Assembly: GCA_030141605.1 (NCBI GenBank)
Contig: JAQGDQ010000899.1
Coordinates: 8,694-72,693, forward strand
Source of the DNA: Tubiluchus corallicola
Taxonomy: Eukaryota > Animalia > Priapulida
DNA length: 64,000 nt
Direction of reading: 5' to 3'
How positions within the stretch are numbered: position 1 is the first letter of the stretch; every line of letters begins with the position of its first letter. Shown here piece by piece: positions 53,562-64,000 of this stretch. The notes beneath the pieces are model-generated. The model did no database searches. It was not told where the DNA came from and saw nothing but the letters and a program-made list of their open reading frames with translations. Both the position numbers and the translations under genes were made by a program.

Positions 53562-56500
53562 GTAAAGACGATTAACAGTTTTTTGATAATGTGGCTTTTT
53601 AGCTGCTTAACATGGCTGTACGTCAATATGCATCGTATGTAGTCTTTATGTATTATAAGCGCATTTCCGACTACAAAGTGTTGGTACATCTGAAGCAAAA
53701 TGAAAACGGTGCGTTTCTTCAAGAAGGCATGGGCATCTTGAATTACTGTTTCGAATTTATTTGAGTGCATCGAATTGTGAGGTTGAGTGTGAGTTACGCG
53801 TAGTATGGAACTGTTCATATCTTTGAACAACTTTGTCTGCATCTCGTTAGTGAAATTCATACCCTGTAGTTCATGATAACTGTGTTTTTTGAGTTGTTTT
53901 AACTTAGCTCAGGTGTGGAACATTTTGGGCTAAATTGATTTCACTTTGTATGAAACTGATGTCCATTTTTATGCTGTACTTTTACTCATTGCGCTCCCAT
54001 GGATATATAAATCGTTTTTCCCTTGGGTCTCTTATCTGTGGAATTGTTAACCAAAAATTTGTTTCCTTGTTAACTTAGCTACAACCTCACCCATTCCAAG
54101 AAGAAGTTAACAGGTGATTCCTGTTGCTGGCTTATTAATTTAGTTGTAAGAATGTTATTTTTTGGATCGCTATTCTTATTTCCATCTTTCTACAGGCTCT
54201 AGAGGTTGCTGCTGTGTTTAGATCTTTTATGTTCCTAATTATTTTGACATAAGCGCAACTAAAGAATCTTAGAAATTTATTACAGCTTCACTGCCTGCAT
54301 AATTAATGAACGTGTGACTAATTCTTTTATGTTCATCAGCATCATCTGAACAGAGATGTGAATAACCTTCACTAATACCTGTTCAGTGATCTTTGTCATA
54401 CGCTGCATTAGAGTTCTGTTGTGCATGAATAAAATCAGCTCATATTGCTGTTGAATACGAAATGCAGCTTCCCTGAATTCATCACTGAGTACAGTTGTAT
54501 ATTATCTACTAAGAGGTACATGTATAAGGAAATTTCATTTCATTTCTGAATGTTGATAGTTCTGCTGATATACCCATACTTGCAGCTAGAACAGGATTGT
54601 AAATAAAAATTGTACATTGTGCAAGTGTAAAAATGCTAAATTTATGATATAATTATGATCTTAGATTGCATGATAATTTAAGGCAGTGAAGTGAAACTAC
54701 TTGTTTGTCAAGAGAGTGTAAGAAATTGTTATGTATAATTTTTGTAAAAAAGTTGATGCTGTAGTTTTGAGTATCACACAACGTTTTGAAAATTTAAAAA
54801 GTTTTCTTTAAATATATTTATTTATTATTTCAAAAGAAAAGAGTTGAATTAGTCACGCTTATTGTTATCGTTATTAGAGAGAGAGAGGGGGGGGGGGGGA
54901 TGTGCAAGTGAACGAACAGGGCCTGGAAGAATTTACAATGTGTAATTGTCTACTACAGGGTTGTACTAGTGCCACATTGTACTGCTAGGGAAATATTAAA
55001 TCCACAGTTCTCGTGACTCATTGTACATTAGTCTTACCCATATTTATTACGTCTGGTCTGTGCACGGCAGCAGTGAGGGTCTGATATTCAACTTTAAAAG
55101 GTTTCTGTCGGAACTAAGTAATAAAGTACTCTAGGTATGAAGTTGGTTGGCATTCATTTTGACTATACCAGTGATTGGCTTCTCATTCATCCAGGATTGC
55201 CAGTCATCATGTCCATTAGTAAACAGATGTGCTAGTCTTATCCCCTGTCTCAGAACTTTGCAAGTTACTCCAAGTTCAAAACAGGGAACTCTCCATCCCC
55301 TTGCAGGTTTCCTGTTACACAAACAAACAAACCAGATCTGGCTTAGTTTCTAAAGCTTTTGGCTTTTTGCTGTTTTGCATGGATGCGAAAGATGAGTTGT
55401 GTCTTGTTTAACCCTCTGGTTCCAATTGAATCCATTCTTTCTTTTCTAAAACTCCTATAAATTATGATACGCATTCATACTGTAATTTATACCTTGATTT
55501 TAAGATAGACAATTTAATTAATTCCTTAATTAATTAATTAATCAAATTAGCTGGAGGTTACTTTGCAATAGATCTCTAGATTTTGAGTATGTAAATGTAT
55601 ATTTATGAGCCATCACAGTTTTATGTTCTTCCACGGTTAACCTAGCAGCCAATGAGTCAACTGAAGAAAACTGATGAAAATGTGTGAAACGATTGAGACT
55701 TGAACCCTCCAGTTGTGGCTGGAACTGGTATGCTGTACGATTTTTATCTTAAAACTTGCCTGGTTTTATTACAACACACTGAATATCTTACAGTAGCAAT
55801 GTACTTCAATTTTCGCTTTCGCAAACACTTGCAACACGCTCGTGGAATATTTTTGTTGTTGAAAATTACGTTAGTTTGTGACGTTGTCAATAGTTCGGCT
55901 CACGGCTCACATCAATAGTGCCGTTAATTAAGTCTTTTAATCTATTATTTAATTATCAGAAATGCTTTAGCGGTTTTAATTGTGTCAAAATGTACACTTT
56001 TTATTGGACTTGAAAATGGGGTAGTATATGAAAAATCATCCTGTCTTTCTTTAATGCGGCAGTGTATAAAATCTAACTGCAAGGTCACGGGTTCAAGTAC
56101 GAACAGAATCCTAAATCATCAGCAACCCCTTGTTAGCTACTGCTTAGCTATTGTTGAACATCTGCAATTTTAAATTTTCGCTCAGACAAACATTTATATT
56201 TTGGGGTATTTGATGAGACAACTCGGTGCAGAGTTTGATTTGTATTGATTTACATTTATCAAGTAAACTTGTTTTAAAGTGAATGTAACTGTATAACCGC
56301 CAAACAGAATTTTGTTCTCACTTTTTTCGACCGACCATTTCCTGGGGTAGGAATAATAATAATAATAATATAACTATTATTATTATTATTATTCAAAATG
56401 TAATCTCGTATTCAGTTCTCAAGAAATTGTCTCTTACTATTTTTCCACTCTTTAAAAATTTGACTAGATTAAGTGTACACAATACCGTTCCTGCTACTTA

Positions 56501-56885
56501 GTACATAATTTCATTCCAAATCTATTTTTACTGCTGTAATGTTTTTTGTATGATAATCAGCTAAAAAATGCCATGAGCCTGTAAGTAGACGTATTCGCAG
56601 TGGCATTGAAATGTCAAAATAATAATGTCGAATTTTAACTGCTATTGAGAAAATAAAGTTGAATTGAAATGGAAAATTGAGGGGCGCGCGAACTCGGTTG
56701 TTGACGTTCTTGTACTCCTGATGTACTTTGTACAACCAGCTGAAAACGTGATGGGGTTTAAATTATCTGCCTGCTCAAAGTAACCGTCTCTGGGCACTTC
56801 AAGGCTATTGCGGAGTTTGATGATTCCGATCACCTTATAACACAAAATTAGTAGATTGCATGATTTGAATATATCACATAAGCAA

Positions 56886-57045
56886 AGTAAGTAAGTAAGT
56901 AAGTAAGTAAAGTAAGTAAGTAAAAAAATTTATTTGTCTCTGAATGTTACAAAATAAACATAAACAAAAGCTAAAAACTAAAATAAAGACGGAAAAGAGA
57001 CGGGGTGGCAAAAAGACCAGGGGTCACCAAGTCAACCACCCCTAT
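56886..57045 (-). repeat. Retroposon-like 3' end with (AAGT)n tail; related copy at ~4215-4337
   Basis: AGAGACRGGGTGGCRAAAAGACC...GGTCA...ACCACCC stem-loop is preceded by TTTATT and a microsatellite in both copies. Confidence 0.55.
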
Positions 57046-57838
57046 CCAAATTGAAGAAAATTAAGTGACCTGTCAAGTAAGGTATGTACAAATGAAAATA
57101 ATCAGCAACTTAACAAAACAAAAAAAATGAGGCGACAAGTTCAAATGAGTTTAAATTTAGAAACAGTAAATAAATTTGGCAATGAGAAGAGGCAAAATTT
57201 AAATTAGCAAACAAAACGGAAAATTTAAACTCATCAAAAACAAAACTAATAATTACATATAAATCAAGAACTCAAACCATTAATGTTGAAAATATCAATG
57301 CATCACTCAAAACTGCAGATGCTGATGCGCACAGAAAATATAATAGTTTCGTTTGTTGGAATGAAATAAATAGCTGATCTTAACTTTTCATCGCATCAAA
57401 ATTTTCACGGTGGTGTCAAAATACTCATTAATCAGCGAGAACTTTTAACTGCTTGAAAACGCTTTCGAAATCGGTTATCACCATCACTTCTGCTGATTGT
57501 GTCTCATCGCCTGTTGTTGCCATGGTATCTAGGAGATGAGGAGGCTGCAGAATTCCTATGCTAGTGAATCACTGCTGGGAAATGAAGCCGTGCTAGATTT
57601 CAGGCGTGTTTGGCGATTGAAATGCATCTGTAGTGGGTGACATCATGGCCATTTTAGCCTTTTCTTATGAAATAATTGCGCAGCTTTGTAACAAGAGAAC
57701 AGCTATATCAAATTATTTAGTTTTCATCTCAAACAAAATATACATAAACGATATATATAAGTTATAATAATCAAGTAAATGAAAAGGGGTGGCGAAATCA
57801 TATTAGTTATCTAATCAGCCATTTCGGAGAATGTGGTA

Positions 57839-58770
57839 GTGCAATACCTAGAGGAGGTCTGAGTGGAAGTTTTGTGCAATACCTAGAGAGGTCTGAGTGG
57901 AAGTTTTGTGCAATACCTAGAGAGGTCTGAGTGGAAGTTTTATGCAATACCTAGAGAGGTCTGAGTGGAAGTTTTGTGCAATACCTAGAGAGGTCTGAGT
58001 GGAAGTTTTGTGCAATACCTAGAGAGGTCTGAGTGGAAGTTTTGTGCAATACCTAGAGAGGTCTGAGTGGAAGTTTTGTGCAATACCTAGAGAGGTCTGA
58101 GTGGAAGTTTTGTGCAATACCTAGAGAGGTCTGAGTGGAAGTTTTGTGCAATACCTAGAGAGGTCTGAGTGGAAGTTTTATGCAATACCTAGAGAGGTCT
58201 GAGTGGAAGTTTTGTGCAATACCTAGAGAGGTCTGAGTGGAAGTTTTATGCAATACCTAGAGAGGTCTGAGTGGAAGTTTTGTGCAATACCTAGAGAGGT
58301 CTGAGTGGAAGTTTTGTGCAATACCTAGAGAGGTCTGAGTGGAAGTTTTGTGCAATACCTAGAGAGGTCTGAGTGGAAGTTTTGTGCAATACCTAGAGAG
58401 GTCTGAGTGGAAGTTTTGTGCAATACCTAGCAAACCAGAGGTCTGAGTGGAAGTTTTGTGCAATACCTAGAGAGGTCTGAGTGGAAGTTTTGTGCAATAC
58501 CTAGAGAGGTCTGAGTGGAAGTTTTGTGCAATACCTAGAGAGGTCTGAGTGGAAGTTTTGTGCAATACCTAGAGAGGTCTGAGTGGTCTGAGTGGAAGTT
58601 TTATGCAATACCTAGAGAGGTCTGAGTGGAAGTTTTGTGCAATACCTAGAGAGGTCTGAGTGGAAGTTTTGTAAAATACCTAGAGAGGTCTGAGTGGAAG
58701 TTTTATGCAATACCTAGAGAGGTCTGAGTGGAAGTTTTATGCAATACCTAGAGAGGTCTGAGCAGAAGCT
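57839..58770. repeat. Minisatellite, 34-bp unit, ~27 copies (kinesin intron)
   Basis: Unit GTGCAATACCTAGAGAGGTCTGAGTGGAAGTTTT, nearly homogeneous. Confidence 0.97.
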
Positions 58771-60557
58771 TTTCACTTTTCCCTCAAATCGTCGCTGCTA
58801 TTTCGTGACAAAGTGTGAGTCATCACTTTCCTAAATTGACTGTATTGACGCAGACACCTTTTCTTAATTGTGTCTGAACTGGCTTAGGTGATCGTTTCTA
58901 TCAAGTAGGTTAGAAAGTTCTTCAGGTAGACTAATTTCTCTATAAGTCACTACTATGGTGTATGCAAAGACGTTTACTGTCAAGTAGACAAAGCCATGAC
59001 GTTCAGTATCAAACTGATTTGAGTGTCTTTAGCGTTTACACCAAATCATTTGTGTGTAAATTTCTCTTTTCAAATCGGGTTCTCATACTTTTTTTGCAAA
59101 ATTACATTTATTGAAGTTGAAACCTTCCCTTTGCCTTAAAAATGGGCCAGGCTTTGATGGAAGTTGGGTTTTGGCCAAGGCCGAATTATGACCTTTTGGG
59201 GTCCCTGGGCTAATAGAATTATGGGCCCACTCCACCTCTGAGTTGCCCATACCCGTCTTGAACTTTTTATTCGTGATGTGTTTTAACGACATTTACACAG
59301 CTTGAAGTAATCTCAATTAAAATATTTTTTTAAGAAATACCACTATTCTATTGACAAACTAAATTAGCAAATCTATTTCAACACAACCATAGTGAAATAA
59401 CACAATTTTTACCAAAAGTTACGAAAGCTTGAGGGCCCCAGGCTGCAGCCTGTACTAGCCTATATGGTAATCATTACTTAATCATAATTTAATTATAGGT
59501 TAAACAAATCAAGTCCCTATCAGCATTTAAAACAAAATTAAAATCACTAATATTAACCAGATATGAAATACCATCACACCAGTACGACAACATACACACT
59601 AATTCAGAATTCATATATCCACGGCCATATAAATTAAATCATATTTTTTTTCATTTTTTTGTGCATAGTTGTAAATATGTCCGATTTTATTCGTCGTTGC
59701 TTTCCATTACTGCACAGTAGTTTAGATTGCACTGACGCATTTGCCTTTAGCAGTGTAAGTTTTTATTAACTAACACTGATTGATCATCTCTGTAAAGTTT
59801 TTATCAGTGATTATCAATGTATTTTAATGGCAAATAAAGATTATATATATATAATAGCTTCAAAATCGCGCAAATTGCGTAATTTTCAAACCGCAGTGGT
59901 CTTTCACACTTTCCTGATTTTCACCCGGGAATCAGGGATTATATATATTTTTTCAGAAACAGATTATTAACACGTGCAGAATCCATCCCTATAGAGTGTT
60001 TTTAGTTAAACACGAGTAATTTACACTTTTGCAGAGTTAGTTATTGTTTTGCAGTATTTTCACGTGTCGCATTACAGCTGTAGTTGATTTTGCCAGCGCT
60101 TGATCTAAGTATAGTGCTGTGTGTGGTTTCTTTGCAAATAAACAAGGCATGTAATTGTTAATTATGCGCCACACTTCGTACATTAATGACGGAGAGTACT
60201 ACTCTTGCAAATAATAACATTTTTTCTAAGCATTTGTTGACTTAGTAATCGTTTTCTCAAGGAATATAACACGAATTGTGAATGTTGCAGCGTGCAGAAA
60301 TTTAGGTCACAGAATAAATATAGACATTGTAAAAGTACAGTCATTGTTCACTTTAACAATTGAACCATCATTGTTCACTTTAACAATCGAACCAGTAACG
60401 GTAAGCCAAGGTGTACTTCCTAGCTCACACTTTCTAACAAGGTAATACACTTTTTCATCATATACAACGATTACCACACACACACACATTTAAAACATGG
60501 TATTCTTACCATAATTCATCTGGCTAATTAGTTGAAAAAAGAAGCACTGAAAAGTTT

Positions 60558-60630
60558 TCGCGTGACTAGGATTTGAACCGTTATCCTTGCAATTTCAGCT
60601 CGCATGTCTTGCCACTTGAGCTACTGGTCC
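60558..60630 (-). mobile_element. tRNA-derived SINE-like head or tRNA pseudogene
   Basis: Minus strand has TAGCTCAAGTGG (A box) and GGTTCAAATCC (B box); the stems are imperfect. Confidence 0.55.
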
Positions 60631-63235
60631 AGCATAGCAGAGCAAGTGTGAAAATTCATCCTAGCAATGCCAGTATTTGTTCTCTTTTATAACTAATACA
60701 TTTTGGTTTTGAGCTCAATGTGATAAATTTTAATACTTTTTATATTTTCGTTTCTAATTTTTTTGAGTAATTTTGTTTGTCAGATCAAATTGGTCGCTTG
60801 TTAATTATGTGATCAATATTCGTTTTGTAGAAGTTCCTGGAAACATTTAAATAGATATTTCATTGTCGGTGTTCGCATGTAGAACTGAACAAGGATTTTT
60901 CCCCATTTTATTGCTAGTTATCTTGCGTTTGGCCTAGTGAATGGACCGAGTGAATCACTATAGTTTGTGGTTGGACTGGGTCGATGACTAATGCACAGCG
61001 GAGGGTTTGCGGTGGGTAATGTTGCTAACAACTTGTTTGTGTTTTACTTGGCCCGGCTAAAAACTTGAATCAGACTTCTGTCTGCGTGAAAATTACGGCT
61101 TACGGCTCGGTGGGTTTAACCTCCGCCTCGCCCATTTCAGAGCCAGTATTACAATTAGAAATTAGGGGAAATCGTTAACGTGGGTACGGGGTACAGCATG
61201 TAACAAAAACTTTTATCGTTTTTCGCCGGGTACAGTATGTAACAAAAACAGCTATCTTTGCTGGCGGGTACAGCAGGCAGAAATAGAGCTCTATCTGTTT
61301 TCTGTACAGCATGTAACAAAACCGCCTGTCTTTCATATGGCTACAGAATGCAATAAAAACAACGATCGTTATGGGTACAGTATAATTTAACGATTTAACA
61401 AAATATATTGTTTGAGTGGGTACGGTATGCAGCAAAAGGTGCTCAAACTTTTTTTATTCATTTAGCCCCTTACTTAATAGCGCATTTTCCTGGCTACAAG
61501 ATCTGTCTCTGCATTATTTTTCTCTTTTTCATTTCAGCCTCGGGTCTTACGTGCAGATTGTTAAAATAGTAACAAGGAATACAAGAGTAAAAATTTGATA
61601 AGAAAAAGCTGACTTCTTTATTATCTCTAAAACAAAACTATGACTGAAAATGTGATTTAAACAGAATTGGAGTTACAGATTTCGACTAAATCTGTTAAGC
61701 TTTTTTTAGTTTTAGTATTCGGTTTGATGATGAATGTAATCAAATTAATGTGATCAAAATTCTACGCCTATTTATTACAGGCTGCCAAAATGAGCGATTA
61801 TCACATTGTATGTGCATGTTTATTATCTAAGTTATGAATATTTTTCATATCCAATATTATCGAAGCCAATTAATTTTTTGTTATGTTCTTAAATTGTCTT
61901 TTTGAAGTCTTAAATTATATTTCATTTATAATAAAGATTGTACATGTGCATAATATCTTGGGTTGTGAGTTAGCGAAGTTAACTTTGTTCCTAATTACTT
62001 GTTTTAACAACTATCAACTCAAGCATTTGTTTAACGAAGTTAAACACGGCTGAGTCTGGCCACAGAATGAATTGGTGATCATCAAGTTCAAACCCATTGC
62101 TTTCTAGTATTCTTCACGCTGCGAGAAGATTTGTATGTATACTTCCAAACATGGATACTCATTCCCAAACATTTCTTAAAGGATTTTTAGTTACAACGAC
62201 ATAGATTTCGGTTTCGAGACGCGACCCACAAATATATACACTGATTAGGACCTACTATTGGGTGCTCGTTGCTGGTCGATTCCAGCTTCCAGGATGTCGA
62301 ACTGCAAACCACCTTTAATAACAAACTTACCTAATTCATTTGTGTAAGGAGGAAATTGTTGCTTGCGTGGCTAAGTTAATGAGTTTCCACATGAACTTTC
62401 TGCAAGAATGAAAATAAACGAAAATTCCTTTTAACGCAAGTACGATATTAAAATTGCTATAAAATAATATAATTTTTTAAGCCGATTTTTCTGAAACCTA
62501 CTTCAGGTACACTTTTTCTTGTCCTTTAAAGGAAAACAGTATGATCTTCGTATCCGTCTCCATTTTGACATACGGTAAAAAATGTACATTTTAAGACCTA
62601 TATTAATGCCCAAGCGTTTCTTGTAAGCGAGTAATAAGTTAAAAACTTAGTCAATGGAGGGTGAGCCCAGCGGGCGATGACGTCATAGTTGAACATAGTT
62701 TCAAACAGCAAAATTATTCCGCCATTGTGTTGCACGTCTTTGCGAAAGCGAAAATTTAAGTACAGTGCTACTGCACAACACTTAGCGTGATACACAAAAG
62801 CGCCAAATTTTAATTTAAAATTCAAATTTAAATTTATGAGCTCGAGGAGTAAAACGATAAAATTAAGGTGCTACTACAGATTCATTCTGTTCCGTAGCAC
62901 GAGGAGGATACATACTTCATTGTTGCCCTATATTAATGATATAATGTAGTACATTATACACGCGTAGGCGTGTACCTGTAAACCTTGACTTGTAAAAATT
63001 AAATGGTCAACCATTTAACCTGATAACTAATGAAGTAAGAAATGTATTTAGTTGAGTATATGATATTGAAGTAAAATCGAAACGCTAGATACAGCGTAGA
63101 GAATTTTTGTTTTTATAATGTACGATATCTACTAAGTTGCTTAATTGCGTGAGGTAATTAATTACGGCACGGCGATTTACCCGTGTTTTTCATGCGCATG
63201 ATAAATGTAATGAATGGATAAGGTGCCCTGCTCAG

Positions 63236-63635
63236 TAGGGGTGAGTACCAGAAAGCGAATTCGAATCGAACCGAATTTGTGACTTTCGAATTCGAATCGA
63301 ACCGAACGTCAGTGTTTCGAATTCGAACCGAATTCGCATTGAGATTGAAAGATTTTCGAACAAGTTTTCGAACCACCATTAAAAATTAGTCGTACAAAGA
63401 TCATGCATATCACTAGATTTTGTTCTGCAATAAAACGACTAGTAATTTCTTTAAAATTGTTCGCAGAAATCACGGCTAAATTATACTAATTGCATGATGT
63501 CTCAATCGTTTTAGTGATAAAGAACATATGTGATTGAAGTGCTGAATTATTCGAATCTATAGTTTTAGATTCGAATCGAGTTCGAACTGAAAAAACTCGT
63601 TCGAATCGAATTCGAGCGTTCGATGCTCACCCCTA
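63236..63635. mobile_element. hAT-type MITE with TTCGAA-rich subterminal arrays
   Basis: TIRs TAGGGGTGAG / CTCACCCCTA with a perfect 8-bp TSD, ctgctcag. Confidence 0.92.
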
Positions 63636-64000
63636 CTGCTCAGTGAGTACTAATTTGAATATTTTCCCTGTGTTGGCTTCTCATTTAATCCTTTCTTTGT
63701 GGCAGTCGTAACCGCGTGATGTCATGTTATTATGGCACTTCCCTTGACATGATCTAAGTCTTTATAGACTAGCAGGCTTCGGAGTGATATTGCCTTCTGT
63801 GTTGTAGGACTGTATGTTTCTGTTATCGATTCTGAAACGTCATTCTTTCCCGCTGTATTATTGCTCATTTGTGATGCTGAATCATCATCGCTCGCACAGC
63901 TGCTACCTGTTCACAAAAGATGTGTGTGTACCCGGCAGGTTTTAATCAACAAAAATCGCTAGGATTAACATCTTGGTAATGAATGTTTGATCAAGATAAC

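Noticed and set aside
57839-58770. 34-bp repeat array resembling a CRISPR array
   Set aside because: Units are head-to-tail with no unique spacers, there are no cas genes, and the context is a eukaryotic intron.
60558-60630. Functional tRNA gene
   Set aside because: A and B boxes are present but the acceptor and anticodon stems do not pair well; more likely SINE-derived.
62010-62085. 5S rRNA-like fragment
   Set aside because: Only weak, patchy similarity (GAAGTTAA...); cannot be supported by eye.
63236-63635. Heat-shock elements in the GAA/TTC-rich arrays
   Set aside because: Spacing is mostly TTCGAA rather than nGAAnnTTCn, and the arrays are explained as MITE subterminal repeats.

Overview
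AT-rich, intron-containing DNA from a eukaryote, most likely an invertebrate animal; the species cannot be determined from the sequence. Manual splice reconstruction gives seven protein-coding loci: MBD4 (6 coding exons, minus strand), ninjurin (4 exons, plus), a Tigger/CENP-B-type helix-turn-helix ORF, an uncharacterised 5-exon ~282-aa helical protein, an intronless CRPPA/ISPD, a C2H2 zinc-finger gene (minus), and the first two coding exons of kinesin-1 heavy chain. Intergenic and intronic DNA carries hAT- and pogo/Tigger-type MITEs with intact TIRs/TSDs, LINE 3' fragments, tRNA-derived SINE-like heads and several minisatellites. The best candidate for a new system is the ~282-aa protein: its N-terminus resembles an MLKL/RPW8/HeLo-like four-helix bundle but it has no kinase or NLR domain, and it lies about 10 kb from ninjurin. 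It could also be spliced in frame to the upstream transposase-derived DNA-binding exon. All family assignments are by eye; no database searches were run.
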